A stretch of 64,000 bases of DNA from Bacteroidia bacterium (GTDB lineage Bacteria > Bacteroidota > Bacteroidia > UKL13-3), in the NCBI GenBank assembly GCA_021740845.1, contig JAIOYZ010000019.1, positions 8,828-72,827 of the forward strand, written 5' to 3'. The notes beneath the pieces are model-generated. The model was not told the DNA's origin and made no database searches. It saw only the letters and a list, made by a program, of their open reading frames with translations. Positions 1 to 10,826 of this stretch are shown piece after piece (the stretch's first letter is position 1; every line of letters starts with the position of its first letter). Made by a program: the position numbers and the translations under genes.

Positions 1-2191
1 TACCAAAAGAATTTCCGTTTACTTTTATTTCACCCTCTGTTACCATCCCAATTTTTTCAAAAGGCATTTCGGTTTGAACCAAAAGGGCTTCGAAATTTTC
101 AATTTGATTTGCTGCTACAGAAACAACTACCCTACCTTGTGCCTCACCAAATAAGAACGCATCTACACGCAAAGCTTTTGCTTTTTCTGAGTCGATATCA
201 AATGAAAGATTATTAGGCATTGCACTTTCTAATAAACAGGTCATCAAACCACCTTCACTTATATCATGGGCGCTTTGGATCAAACCAGAACCTATTGCTT
301 TTAATACTGTTTGGTGCAACAAATGCTCTTCATCTAAATTAAAATAAGGTGCTGGAGATTGTGCTACTTTTCTAAAATGCGAAAGATAATGTGAGCAACC
401 TAAATCGTTTCTAGATTCACCCATTAGGTAAATAGCATCACCTGCATTTTTAAAATTTAATGTCATATGCTTTTGACCAGCATCCAATAAACCCACCATA
501 CCAATAGTTGGCGTAGGGAAAACTGCATTCTCATCACTGCTTTGGTTATAGAAACTTACATTACCACCTGTAACTGGAGTATCAAATTTCTTACACGCTT
601 CACCCAAACCTTTTATGGCATGTACAAATTGGTAATAAACCTCAGGGTTGTATGGATTACCAAAGTTCAAACAATTGGTTATAGCAGCAGGTTGAGCACC
701 AGAACAAACTAAATTTCTAGCCGCTTCTGAAACCGCAATTTGCCCACCCACAAAAGGGTTGGCATATACATAACGGCTATTGCAATCCACCGTCATGGCA
801 ATTGATTTATCGGTACCTTTTACCTTTACCACAGCAGCATCACTTGGTGCATTTGTAGTTTGGTTAATAGTACCTACCATGCTATCGTATTGGTTATAAA
901 CCCAACGTTTGCTAGCAATATTTGGATGACCCATTAAGTATTTGGCAATTGCTGGAGCCTCAGCCCAAGTGCAATCTTCTACTTGGTTCAAACCGAATTT
1001 TTCTATTTCTTTAAAATATTTAGGCTCAGAATATTCTCTGTGGTAAACAGGAGCACCGCCGCCCAATACCAAACTTTCGCCTGGAATATCTGCACGCAAC
1101 TCGCCGTTCATAAAATATTTAACTCGAGCAGTATCTGTAACCACACCAATTATGGCGTAGGTTAAATCCCATTTCTTGAAAATGGCTTCCACTTCTTCTT
1201 CATGGCCTTTCTTAACAATTACCAACATTCTCTCCTGACTTTCGGAAAGCAATATTTCCCAATCTTTCATTCCAGCCTGACGCATAGGAACCTTATCCAA
1301 CCACACATCCATGCCTGTTCCGCTCTTGGCACTCATTTCACTAGTTGAGCAAGTAATACCTGCTGCACCCATGTCTTGCATGCCAACAACTGCATCGGTT
1401 TGCTCTAGTAATTCAAGACTAGCTTCTAGAATTAATTTCTCCCAGAATGGATCGCCAACTTGCACTGAAGGTAAGTCTTTTGCTGAGTCTTCGGTAATGT
1501 CTTTAGAGGCAAAAGCGGCACCGTGAATTCCGTCTTTACCAGTGGCTGAACCAAAAATATAAACTGGATTACCCAAGCCTTCTGAAATAGCAGAAACAGT
1601 TTTGCCTACCTTAGCAATACCTACACTCATGGCATTTACCAAAGGGTTTATCTGATAGCAATCATCAAAATAAACTTCACCTCCTACTGTTGGAATTCCA
1701 AAAGCATTTCCATAATTGCCAATTCCTTTAACCACACCGCGCACCAACCATTTGGTACGTTCGTTTTCTATGTTTCCAAAACGAAGTGAGTTTAATTGAG
1801 CAATTGGTCGCGCACCCATAGAAAAGATATCGCGGTTAATGCCGCCAACACCGGTAGCTGCACCTTGGTAAGGTTCTATAGCACTTGGGTGGTTGTGAGA
1901 TTCAATTTTAAAACAACAAGCCAAACCATCGCCAATATCAATTAAGCCGGCATTTTCTTCACCAGCTTTGGCCAACATCTTCTCCCCTTCTTTGGGTAAA
2001 GTTTTTAGCCAAACTATAGAATTTTTATACGAACAATGCTCGCTCCACATTACAGAATACACGCTCATTTCGGTAAAAGTTGGGGTACGACCCAAAATTT
2101 CCTTTATTTTTTCAAATTCGTCTTCGCGTAATCCTAGTTGTTTCGCTTGCTCTACGGTGGCCAAAATGCCTATGGGTTGTGACTGACTCAT
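1..2191 (-). CDS. purL: Phosphoribosylformylglycinamidine synthase subunit PurL (FGAM synthase II). The 3' end runs off the left edge of the window.
   Basis: Minus-strand ATG at 2191..2189. My translation begins MSQSQPIGILATVEQAKQLGL...TEMSVYSVMWSEHCSYKNS and continues with AIR-synthase-like PurL motifs (GVGGINRD, GGEVYFDDCYQINPLVNAMSVG). The ORF is open to position 1. It is absent from the ORF track only because no stop lies inside the window. Confidence 0.85.
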   Translation of the reverse strand, partial: MSQSQPIGILATVEQAKQLGLREDEFEKIKEILGRTPTFTEMSVYSVMWSEHCSYKNSIVWLKTLPKEGEKMLAKAGEENAGLIDIGDGLACCFKIESHNHPSAIEPYQGAATGVGGINRDIFSMGARPIAQLNSLRFGNIENERTKWLVRGVVKGIGNYGNAFGIPTVGGEVYFDDCYQINPLVNAMSVGIAKVGKTVSAISEGLGNPVYIFGSATGKDGIHGAAFASKDITEDSAKDLPSVQVGDPFWEKLILEASLELLEQTDAVVGMQDMGAAGITCSTSEMSAKSGTGMDVWLDKVPMRQAGMKDWEILLSESQERMLVIVKKGHEEEVEAIFKKWDLTYAIIGVVTDTARVKYFMNGELRADIPGESLVLGGGAPVYHREYSEPKYFKEIEKFGLNQVEDCTWAEAPAIAKYLMGHPNIASKRWVYNQYDSMVGTINQTTNAPSDAAVVKVKGTDKSIAMTVDCNSRYVYANPFVGGQIAVSEAARNLVCSGAQPAAITNCLNFGNPYNPEVYYQFVHAIKGLGEACKKFDTPVTGGNVSFYNQSSDENAVFPTPTIGMVGLLDAGQKHMTLNFKNAGDAIYLMGESRNDLGCSHYLSHFRKVAQSPAPYFNLDEEHLLHQTVLKAIGSGLIQSAHDISEGGLMTCLLESAMPNNLSFDIDSEKAKALRVDAFLFGEAQGRVVVSVAANQIENFEALLVQTEMPFEKIGMVTEGEIKVNGNSFG

Positions 2192-2300
2192 GGTAATTTT
2201 TAGAAAGCGCAAATTTGCGCATTTGTTAGGGGAAAGCCAAAATTTGGGGAGAAATAAATGGAGCTGAATTCAAAATAAAATGGAAAGTTTGGCAAGCCCT

Positions 2301-3995
2301 TTAAACAAAGAGTTTCCAATATGATTTCACCTTAAGCAATAGCAAATGAACCTTTGCTTCCTGCTCGCCTTTTAGTTGATAAGCATCCAAAACTTGGACT
2401 AACTCTTTTTCAGATAATTTTTCAAAAGCACCCAAAGCATCTAGCATAACTAATAAGCGGTTCAAAAAACTGTCTGAACCCAATTTCCTTTTAGTGAATT
2501 TTTTGAATTTTATCTGAGCTGAGTTTAAAGCCAATAATCTGTTGCCATTAAAATTTTTAGCTACGTGATTACTAATTTTATCGGAGATAGGAAGCAAAGG
2601 AATAAAGGATTTTGTATTGCCTTCTGCCTGCCAATAAATATCTGCATCAGCCAGTTTTACCAAGGTTTTGGCAGGAGTTCTATAGCCTTTTTCAGTTATC
2701 ATTTTCTCCATTTCCAATTCTGCCAATTTTGCTAATTTATCATTCATAGGTCTGAACCTAAGCTTATAATAAAACCAGAAGGCACCAGATTTTATTCCAT
2801 CGGAATTCCCTTTACCAATTTGATAAGTATCAACTGTAAATTGTTGAATTTGAAAACGGGAACGGTATAATCTTATTAATTGAGCAATAACCAAATTAGA
2901 CTCACCACCACGGTATGGAGGCAAAACATTTACCCCAAAAGCTGCTTGAAATCCAAGTAACCAACAACCACCATAAGCCATTGGCAAACCGTTTTTGAAA
3001 AGCAAATAACCCACATAAGATTGAAGTGAAAATTTTTGTTCGGGAATCATGTAAAACAAGGCAATGGAAATTCCTTTGCCCATATCAAACAACTCTGTTT
3101 CGGGAATTTGTGCGTATGTAAACGTATCTGTCTCACGCATTAAGGAAGCCATAGAACCTCTGGCCAAACGAACCAAATGCGCTTGTTGCTCCAAGCTTAA
3201 TTTAATTTGCTTAGGTTTTCCTAGCTCCCAAACCTCTTCTAAAGTGCTTTTCTTTTGAATTCCTTTATCATGAATATAAACTGAACTTTGGTTCAACCTG
3301 CCCAAACTTAAACCCAATAATTTTTCATCTAAACTAAATTGTGTAAACAATTGAAAACCCGCAAATAGATTTTCGCGGTAGGATATAGAACCTGTCATTT
3401 GCATGCAAGCCTGAATATAATAATCGAGCTGTTTTTGAGAATCTTTTATTCCTGGCAAATAGCGTTTTTGCCATTTAGAAAAATATCCCGCATCGCCAGG
3501 CATGAGCTCTTGTTCCACATCACTGAGAGTATAAGTTAGCTTAGCTACCAAATCAGAATTTTCGCCATCTACACCAGAAAGTTCAATGGTTTTTAGGTCT
3601 TCTTGCAACAAATATTGGTTCAACAATAACCCAAATTGGCCACAGATAAGAGAGCCGGTAATTCCAGAATTATAGAATGCGTTTTCATCTTTAGCAACTT
3701 TATTTTTTACGGTTTGAACCAAAAGTTGCATGACTTGATTTGCCAAATCATAAACCTTATTTGATGCTGGATATGCCATTGAGAATAGCAAAGCCTCATG
3801 TAATTGGATGATTTGCTTTTCGATTTGAGGAAAATGAATCAACAGATTTGCTAAAGCCTTTTCCGTTCTTTGAATGGCATCTTTTTCAAATAACCTTTGA
3901 TTTTGAATAAAAGTAGAAAACGAATCGCTTTCTAATTGGGTGCTTAAATTGGTCATGGTAAGTTTTACATAGCCAGCAGAATTGCCTAGGGCCAA
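2301..3995 (-). CDS. Hypothetical protein (564 aa), no recognisable family.
   Basis: Long uninterrupted ORF tightly packed between purL and the E1 dehydrogenase. No signal peptide and no motif I can name. Confidence 0.5.
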   Translation of the reverse strand: MALGNSAGYVKLTMTNLSTQLESDSFSTFIQNQRLFEKDAIQRTEKALANLLIHFPQIEKQIIQLHEALLFSMAYPASNKVYDLANQVMQLLVQTVKNKVAKDENAFYNSGITGSLICGQFGLLLNQYLLQEDLKTIELSGVDGENSDLVAKLTYTLSDVEQELMPGDAGYFSKWQKRYLPGIKDSQKQLDYYIQACMQMTGSISYRENLFAGFQLFTQFSLDEKLLGLSLGRLNQSSVYIHDKGIQKKSTLEEVWELGKPKQIKLSLEQQAHLVRLARGSMASLMRETDTFTYAQIPETELFDMGKGISIALFYMIPEQKFSLQSYVGYLLFKNGLPMAYGGCWLLGFQAAFGVNVLPPYRGGESNLVIAQLIRLYRSRFQIQQFTVDTYQIGKGNSDGIKSGAFWFYYKLRFRPMNDKLAKLAELEMEKMITEKGYRTPAKTLVKLADADIYWQAEGNTKSFIPLLPISDKISNHVAKNFNGNRLLALNSAQIKFKKFTKRKLGSDSFLNRLLVMLDALGAFEKLSEKELVQVLDAYQLKGEQEAKVHLLLLKVKSYWKLFV

Positions 3996-4157
3996 AGTAA
4001 AAAATTAAGTTCAATTTATTTATGACCTTAACACCAAAGATGAAAATAATAATTTGCCTCAAATAATGAATCCAGAAAATGGAATAATTAGGGCAATTAG
4101 TTAAAGGCAGATTCCTTTGAAAAATGTTTTTGGTTCAAACCGAATTTTAAAAAAAAC

Positions 4158-6206
4158 TTAGTTATCTAAAAGCTCTTTTAGCTTAGCACTTACCTTGGAT
4201 GCATTAGGCAAAATCTCTGCTTCCAAGCCCATATTCATTGGCACAGCAGGTACATTTTTTGCACCTAAAGTAGCTACTGGACCATCCAAAGAAGTAAAGC
4301 ATTGTTGCATAATTCTTGCAGCCAAAGATTCCGCAAAAGAGTTATTTAATGCCTCTTCTGTTAAGACCAAACATTTACCATGTTTGCGCACAGCGGCCAT
4401 CACTGCCTCTTCATCTAAAGGCAATAAAGTTCTTAAATCCAATATTTCTACTCTACCCGGAAAATCTTTTGCAGCCGCTAAAGTCCAATAAACCCCCATG
4501 CCATAGGTAACCACCACACACGATTCGCCATTATCTATTGCATCCTCGCTGGCAACTAAAACAGAATTGGCTTTACCAAAAGGCAAGATATAATCTTCAT
4601 CAGGTTCAACGCAACGAGCCAATTCTGTTCCTGGATTCTTACTCCAATAAAGACCTTTGTGCTCCAGCATAATACAAGGGTTGCCATCGTAATAGGCCGC
4701 TTTCATTAAACCTTTCATATCGGCAGCATTACTTGGGTAGGCTATTTTGATTCCTTTTAAAGTTAACAAAGTGGATTCTATACTACCACTGTGATAAGGA
4801 CCACCGCCACCGTAAGCACCAATTGGAATTCTTATCACAGCACTTACTGGATATTTTCCCATTGTTAAATAAGATGATTTGGTAATTTCACAAACCAATT
4901 GGTTCATGCCTGTCCAAACGTAATCTGCAAACTGAATTTCTACAATAGGTTTTGCACCCACAGCACTCATACCAGCAGTAGAACCTACGATATATGCTTC
5001 TTGAATTGGAGTATTAAAAACTCTATCGTCGCCATATTTTACGGCAAGAGTTGCTGCTTCTCTAAATACACCACCCAACCTTGCACCTACATCTTGACCA
5101 TAGAACAAACATTCTGGATGTTTGGCCAATAATTCATCCACAGCATGTAAGGCCGCATCCACCATTACCACAGGCTCTTTGCCTGCAGGTACTCTAGTTC
5201 CAACCTCTTCAGTTGCTCCACTTGGTGCGTATACAAAATCTTCAGCAGTTGAAGGATCTGGGTCTGGAGAAGCAACAGCCAATTTAAATTGTTGGGCTAC
5301 TTTATCGGTTTCAATTTCGTCTATCTCTTTTAATTCATCTTCGCTAATTCCAATGCTCAATAAATGATCGTGCAATTTAGGAAGCGGCTCATCTTTTAAA
5401 TGTTTGGCCATGTCTTCATCTGTTCGGTACCACTCTTTACGTACCCCAGAAGTATGGTGACCTAACAAAGGAACTTTTGCATGCAATAAAATTGGAGATC
5501 TTGTTTCACGTACATAATCGATGCACTGCAAAACGGCATTCCATGATTTTAGGAAATCACTTCCATCAACACGCATGCGTTGCAACCCTTTAAAACCTGC
5601 CGCATATTCGTAGGCATCCATGGCACGCATTTCTGCACCGTTTGCGCTAATTCCCCAATCGTTATCTTGAATTAAATAAATGATGGGCAACTTTTTAAGT
5701 ACAGCCATTTGCCATGCCTCTGCAACTTCACCTTCGGTAACAGAACCATCGCCTAAGCTACAAACTACTACTGGTTTTTCTTCTGGATCAATTAAACCTT
5801 GGCTTTCTAAATAAGCCACACCATGAGCCATTCCGGTGGCAGGAATTGCCTGCATACCTGTTGCACTACTCGAATGCAACATGCGTACAAAACCCTCTCT
5901 TTTTAAGTTGGGATGACCATAATAGGTTCTACCACCAGAAAAAGGATCTTCGGCTTTTGCTAGTAATTGAAGCATTAATTCATAGGGGCTCATTCCCATA
6001 CCCAATAACATGCTCTCATCTCTGTAATAAGGAGCTGCGAAATCGGAACCAGTAAGTTGCATTCCCATAGCCAATTGAATGGCCTCATGACCCCGGCTGG
6101 TGGAATGTACATATTTGGTAATAGGGCGATTGGCGTCGTAAATATTAGCCATGGCTCTGGCAGAACACATGTGCGCGTAGGCTTCTAAAAGAATTGCTTT
6201 GTCCAT
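4158..6206 (-). CDS. Fused alpha/beta E1 component of a 2-oxoacid (branched-chain/pyruvate) dehydrogenase, TPP-dependent.
   Basis: 682 aa. The N-terminal half has the E1-alpha TPP-binding region (VVCSLGDGSVTEGEVAEAWQMA) and the C-terminal half is transketolase-like E1-beta (GQDVGARLGGVFREAATL...IVEIQFADY). Fused E1 alpha/beta proteins of this size are typical of Bacteroidota. Confidence 0.8.
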   Translation of the reverse strand: MDKAILLEAYAHMCSARAMANIYDANRPITKYVHSTSRGHEAIQLAMGMQLTGSDFAAPYYRDESMLLGMGMSPYELMLQLLAKAEDPFSGGRTYYGHPNLKREGFVRMLHSSSATGMQAIPATGMAHGVAYLESQGLIDPEEKPVVVCSLGDGSVTEGEVAEAWQMAVLKKLPIIYLIQDNDWGISANGAEMRAMDAYEYAAGFKGLQRMRVDGSDFLKSWNAVLQCIDYVRETRSPILLHAKVPLLGHHTSGVRKEWYRTDEDMAKHLKDEPLPKLHDHLLSIGISEDELKEIDEIETDKVAQQFKLAVASPDPDPSTAEDFVYAPSGATEEVGTRVPAGKEPVVMVDAALHAVDELLAKHPECLFYGQDVGARLGGVFREAATLAVKYGDDRVFNTPIQEAYIVGSTAGMSAVGAKPIVEIQFADYVWTGMNQLVCEITKSSYLTMGKYPVSAVIRIPIGAYGGGGPYHSGSIESTLLTLKGIKIAYPSNAADMKGLMKAAYYDGNPCIMLEHKGLYWSKNPGTELARCVEPDEDYILPFGKANSVLVASEDAIDNGESCVVVTYGMGVYWTLAAAKDFPGRVEILDLRTLLPLDEEAVMAAVRKHGKCLVLTEEALNNSFAESLAARIMQQCFTSLDGPVATLGAKNVPAVPMNMGLEAEILPNASKVSAKLKELLDN

Positions 6207-6366
6207 ATAAGGTGTGCAAGTTTAATTAAATTCTCTCAAAACTAATCCTGTATTTATCCTCATTGGGTTAGTTTTAAACAGTTTTTAATCTCATATCCAG
6301 TTAATTAATTACCAAAAGAAATATTTTGGTTCAAAAAAACCAATGTGATTTTAGTATTCTTGCTGC

Positions 6367-7230
6367 ATGAAACCTAGCGAAAAAATTTTCTCTAAAATTG
6401 GTATTGCAATTGCATTTTCACCAAGGTGTGAAGCCTTATTGGCTGAGGCAAAGCACTTGCAAAATTGTTTTCAATCGCAGCTCTATTTTATTCATGTTGG
6501 AAAAAACAGTTTACAAGAAACCCAATACCTCAAACTTTTAATGCATCGGTTTCATTTAGACGACCCAAGCAACAAAATTGTATGGAGGGAAGGCGATCCA
6601 GTTACTGAAATATTAGAAATTTGTTTAGAAGAAAAAATAGATTTGTTGGTAGCTGGAGCTTTAGAAAAAGAATCGATATTAAAATATATTTTAGGAGGAG
6701 TAGCAAGGCAATTAAGTAGAAAAATAAAATGCAGCATGCTTATGCTTACTGAACCAAGTCTTCATCCTATCGGATTCAAAAAATTGGTTGTTGAAGGAAC
6801 GGATCATCCAAAAACCGAAAACACAATTAGCATTGCCTTGGAAATTGCAAAGGTTTATGAATCAGAATCGGTGGCGGTAATTCAAGAAACCAACTTGCAG
6901 AAAATGGCATTAATACGCAATGAGGAATTAATGGAAAAGGAAACAGAGGGACTTAAAGAATCTTTTGAAAAGGAGGAGTTGCAAAAATTAGATTCCATTT
7001 TAAACTGCAAAGATTGCGGCAACTTAAACATTCATACAGAAAGAATAGAAGGAAAGCCTGGCTTTGTAATTAATACCTATGCAAGGGAAAATCAAGCAGA
7101 TTTATTGGTAATAAATGGGCCAGATAAACCCTTAAATTTATTGGACAGAGTATTTCCTCACGACATAGAATATCTTTTATCTGACTTGCCTTGTAATTTA
7201 TTAATTATCCATTCCAAGGATACAGAATAA
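6367..7230 (+). CDS. Universal stress protein family protein (tandem UspA domains).
   Basis: 287 aa with two Usp-like halves (LVAGALEKESILKYILGGVARQLS; LLVINGPDKP...LLSDLPCNLLIIH). It sits directly upstream of a cation/proton antiporter, a common pairing. Confidence 0.7.
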   Translation: MKPSEKIFSKIGIAIAFSPRCEALLAEAKHLQNCFQSQLYFIHVGKNSLQETQYLKLLMHRFHLDDPSNKIVWREGDPVTEILEICLEEKIDLLVAGALEKESILKYILGGVARQLSRKIKCSMLMLTEPSLHPIGFKKLVVEGTDHPKTENTISIALEIAKVYESESVAVIQETNLQKMALIRNEELMEKETEGLKESFEKEELQKLDSILNCKDCGNLNIHTERIEGKPGFVINTYARENQADLLVINGPDKPLNLLDRVFPHDIEYLLSDLPCNLLIIHSKDTE

Positions 7231-7232
7231 TA

Positions 7233-8492
7233 ATGGCAGTATTAAATAGGATTGAAACCATTTACCTGTTGCTAAGTTTGGGCACAATGCTGATTGCAGC
7301 CCGGATGTTTGGCGAATTTTTCAGGAAATTTAAAATGCCATTAGTGGTGGGAGAATTAATAGCGGGAGTGGTATTGGGTCCAACTATATTAGGATATTAT
7401 TTGCCAGAGGTAAGTGAAGTAATTTATACTCAAAATCCACACTCTACCTTAGCACTCAGTGGAATTATTAATGTATCTATTGTGATGTTACTTTTTGTGG
7501 CAGGGATGGAGTTGAACTTATCCTTAATTAGGCAACAAGGAAAAGCTGCACTTTCTACAAGTTTATTTGGATTGGTAATACCCTTTGGATTAGGATTTTT
7601 AAGCGCCTTTTTTGCCTATGAATGGTTTGGAAGTAATAGTTCAGATAAACTAGTATTTTCTTTATTTATTGGTACATCCATGGCTATTTCTGCATTGCCA
7701 GTAATTGCCAGAACGCTAATTGATTTAGATTTGTTTAGAACCAAAATTGGAAGTATCATTATAACATCAGCCATGTTTAATGATTTAATTGGATGGTTCT
7801 TATTTTCCATCATAATTGGGATGCTAAAAGGTAGTGCTAACCATAGTGTTTTGTATACTTCTTTATTTACCTTGGGCTATGCGGCGATAATGTTAACTGT
7901 GGGGCGAATTTTTATTAATAAATCATTGCCCTGGGCAGAGAAAAATTTCACCTGGCCAGGTGGATTTCTTAGTTTATCTTTAGGATTAGCATTTTTGGGA
8001 GCTGCCTTTACTGAATACATTGGATTACATGCCATATTTGGAGCCTTCATTATAGGTATTGCCATTGGCGACTCGGTTCATGTTAAAGAAAAAACCAAGG
8101 ATATGGTGAACCAATTTGTAAGCAATATTTTTGCACCCTTCTTTTTTGTTTCTATTGGTTTCAAGGTAAACTTTATTGCCCACTTCAACCTTGGAATTAC
8201 AGCACTTATTCTATTGCTTGCTATGGTTGGGAAAATTTATGGCGCTTATTTAGGCGGCAGAATTGGCGGCCTCGACAAAAAAGAATCATTGGCAGTGGGA
8301 TTTGGATTAAATGCTCGAGGAGCAATGGAAATTATTCTTGCATCATTGGCCTTACAAGCAAAATTAATTGGGGAAGAGGTATTTGTTGCTATTGTAATAA
8401 TGGCCGTATTAACAAGTGTTTTGGCTGGACCAATGCTCAATTATTTAATTAAAGGAAAGATTTTACCAGATATCTCAAATTCAAATTCTTGA
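7233..8492 (+). CDS. Cation:proton antiporter, CPA2 (Kef/NapA-type Na+/H+ exchanger).
   Basis: 419 aa polytopic membrane protein. N-terminus GEFFRKFKMPLVVGELIAGVVLGPTILG is typical of the Na_H_Exchanger family. It starts 3 nt after the usp stop. Confidence 0.8.
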   Translation: MAVLNRIETIYLLLSLGTMLIAARMFGEFFRKFKMPLVVGELIAGVVLGPTILGYYLPEVSEVIYTQNPHSTLALSGIINVSIVMLLFVAGMELNLSLIRQQGKAALSTSLFGLVIPFGLGFLSAFFAYEWFGSNSSDKLVFSLFIGTSMAISALPVIARTLIDLDLFRTKIGSIIITSAMFNDLIGWFLFSIIIGMLKGSANHSVLYTSLFTLGYAAIMLTVGRIFINKSLPWAEKNFTWPGGFLSLSLGLAFLGAAFTEYIGLHAIFGAFIIGIAIGDSVHVKEKTKDMVNQFVSNIFAPFFFVSIGFKVNFIAHFNLGITALILLLAMVGKIYGAYLGGRIGGLDKKESLAVGFGLNARGAMEIILASLALQAKLIGEEVFVAIVIMAVLTSVLAGPMLNYLIKGKILPDISNSNS

Positions 8493-8498
8493 TTATTT

Positions 8499-9182
8499 TT
8501 GCGGCTTATGGCAAAAGATAAGTTACGCAGGTTCGCAGAATTTTTAGAATTCCCCAATTGTTTTGATTATCCAAAAGAATTGAAGGGGAAATGGAATTCT
8601 GAGTATTTTAAAAATAATAATCCAATTGTGCTTGAATTGGCATGTGGCAAAGGAGAATATACTGTAAACTTAGCGGAAGCCTTTCCAGAAAAGAATTTTA
8701 TTGGCATTGATATTAAATCTAATAGAATGTGGGTAGGCGCAAGAATGGCACTTAATGCTGGAAGAAAAAATGTTGCCTTTGCCAGATTGATTATTGAAAA
8801 ATTGGAAGAACATTTTGAGAAAGGTGAAGTGAGTGAAATTTGGATTACGTTTCCAGACCCATTTCCAAAAGATAGACACGAAAAACACCGTCTAACACAT
8901 CCTAGATTCTTGAAAGTATACAAAGAGGTTATTGCAGAAAAAGGCCTAATGCATTTTAAAACCGACGACGATGGCTTATTTACCTATACCGAAGAGTTAT
9001 TTGCACAACTTGGCATTAAACCCATAGAATTGGTAAGAGATGTGCACGGCACTGAGGAGGCCGATGCTTATGTTAGAAACATCACAACTCATTACGAGAA
9101 GCTATTTAGAGGCAGAGGAAGAACTATTAAGTATATGAAATTTATTTTGCCAGATCAATTACCTGAACTCAATAAAGCTTGA
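8499..9182 (+). CDS. trmB: tRNA (guanine46-N7)-methyltransferase TrmB.
   Basis: SAM-binding LELACGKGEY plus the TrmB signature ITFPDPFPKDRHEKHR. Its 3' end overlaps the convergent S41 protease gene by 28 nt. Confidence 0.85.
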   Translation: MRLMAKDKLRRFAEFLEFPNCFDYPKELKGKWNSEYFKNNNPIVLELACGKGEYTVNLAEAFPEKNFIGIDIKSNRMWVGARMALNAGRKNVAFARLIIEKLEEHFEKGEVSEIWITFPDPFPKDRHEKHRLTHPRFLKVYKEVIAEKGLMHFKTDDDGLFTYTEELFAQLGIKPIELVRDVHGTEEADAYVRNITTHYEKLFRGRGRTIKYMKFILPDQLPELNKA

Positions 9183-10774
9183 TTTTCACCGATTTTTTTG
9201 ATGGCCAATTGCAAGGCTCTATCTTCCTTTTGAATTACTGCATAATACCCTTGGTCTCGCCAAATTTGACGTGCAACTAATGCCTTAATTTGCAGTTTTA
9301 TAAATTTAGAGGAACGTTCATTTTCTTGGTTTGTTGGCGGAGTTAAACCATTTTTTACTACAAATGATACAAACTGATTGTAGGCAGTTTCGTTTATTTG
9401 ATAAGCATCAGCATAGACTTTTAAACTAGGAATGGAAGTAATAGATTTTCTGTTTTGATCCAAATATTCGTAGGCAAATTTTCCTATTAATCCATTACTA
9501 ACCACATTAGTTAGAAAGTAAGTATTAAAGGTAGTATCGATAGGAACTTGATAATCTGGCAGGATGCCACCACCAGCATAAACAGTTCTATTTAAGCGAA
9601 GAGTATGGTAAATGGTTGAATCAAAAATAATGGCTCTTGAATCGCTTTCTAATTCTCCATTCTCATAACGATTTAAGATATCATGACTATATTTATCCTT
9701 ATCAGAATAATCTTTTTGTATACACCTACCACTTGGAGTATAATACCTAGAAACTGTTAACCTCAAAGCAGAACCATCGCTTAGTTCGTAGGGTTCTTGA
9801 ACCAGGCCTTTTCCGAAACTCCTTCTTCCAATTACCATACCTCTGTCCCAATCTTGTATAGCACCACTTACAATTTCACTAGCAGAGGCTGAACCTTCAT
9901 CAATTAAAACAATCAATTTACCCTCTTCAAAAACTCCCAACCTTTCACTTCTATATTCTGCTCTTGGTTTTGTTCTACCTTGGGTATAAACAATTAATTT
10001 ATTATCGGGAAGTAACTCATCAACCAATTGAATTGCGGTGCTTAAATAACCACCAGGATTGCCGCGTAAATCAAGAACTAAATTCTTTACATTTTCTGCT
10101 TTCAATTCATCAAATGCTTTTAAAAATTCTTCATGAGTGTTTTCAGCAAAACGACTAATTTTAATATAACCAGTTTCGCGGTTTAGCATGCGCCAAGCAT
10201 CAACACTAAAGATGGGAATTGTACCTCTTCTAATTGGAAATACAATAGGTTTTGTGGCTGATGGTCTAAATACAGTTACGTCAACTTTTGAACCACCTTT
10301 TCCTCTTAATAATTTAAAAACACGCTCGCTGGTTATTCCATTTCCTGCAACGTTAATGGTATCCACTTTTATAATTCTATCACCTGGTAAAACACCTAAT
10401 TCTTGTGCAGGACCGCCGTTAATGGCAGAAACCACCATAATGGTATCGTTGATAATATTGAACTCAACACCAATTCCTTCAAAATTACCTTCCAATTGTT
10501 CATTGGCAACCTGCAAATCGGATGCAGGAATATAAACCGAATGAGGATCTAAGTTGCTCAATAATTCGTTTATTGTTTGTTCTTCTAAGGCATCCATTTC
10601 AACTGTATCAACATAAGATTGATTGATAATGGATAATAATTCAGAAAATTTATTGTTACCACCCATGAAAGTTTGAATGGAAGTAGCTGGCCTTAAAAAA
10701 ATTCCGAGCATTAAGCCCAAACTTAAAATGAGAGCATAAATAAATGGCTGCCACTTATTGAAATTATTTGACAT
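9155..10774 (-). CDS. Carboxyl-terminal processing peptidase, S41 family (tail-specific protease), with PDZ domain.
   Basis: 539 aa. N-terminal membrane anchor, PDZ (GPAQELGVLPGDRIIKVD) and S41 catalytic region (LVLDLRGNPGGYLSTAIQLVDEL...FGKGLVQ). Confidence 0.85.
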   Translation of the reverse strand: MSNNFNKWQPFIYALILSLGLMLGIFLRPATSIQTFMGGNNKFSELLSIINQSYVDTVEMDALEEQTINELLSNLDPHSVYIPASDLQVANEQLEGNFEGIGVEFNIINDTIMVVSAINGGPAQELGVLPGDRIIKVDTINVAGNGITSERVFKLLRGKGGSKVDVTVFRPSATKPIVFPIRRGTIPIFSVDAWRMLNRETGYIKISRFAENTHEEFLKAFDELKAENVKNLVLDLRGNPGGYLSTAIQLVDELLPDNKLIVYTQGRTKPRAEYRSERLGVFEEGKLIVLIDEGSASASEIVSGAIQDWDRGMVIGRRSFGKGLVQEPYELSDGSALRLTVSRYYTPSGRCIQKDYSDKDKYSHDILNRYENGELESDSRAIIFDSTIYHTLRLNRTVYAGGGILPDYQVPIDTTFNTYFLTNVVSNGLIGKFAYEYLDQNRKSITSIPSLKVYADAYQINETAYNQFVSFVVKNGLTPPTNQENERSSKFIKLQIKALVARQIWRDQGYYAVIQKEDRALQLAIKKIGENQALLSSGN

Positions 10775-10826
10775 ATTTTTGAATTCCTATTGGGCAAATA
10801 TAAGGTCCCATGCTTTATATAAATCT

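Noticed and set aside
983-1526. Plus-strand ORFs 983..1165, 1311..1526 and 1968..2186 inside the purL region. The same applies to most 60-130-aa track ORFs antisense to long genes (e.g. 4195..4491, 5122..5367, 8567..8923, 10188..10535, 32352..32851, 33240..33566, 37951..38349, 49590..49916, 52010..52786).
   Set aside because: They are shadow ORFs fully embedded in and antisense or out-of-frame to well-supported long genes with clear homology. AT-rich DNA produces many such frames.
4120-4150. Abundant motif as a transcription terminator hairpin or a polar (KOPS/Chi-like) signal.
   Set aside because: GGTT-CA-AACC gives only a 4-bp stem with a 2-nt loop, too weak for a terminator. Copies occur mid-gene on either strand, and orientation is balanced (13 versus 11), unlike strand-skewed KOPS/Chi sites.
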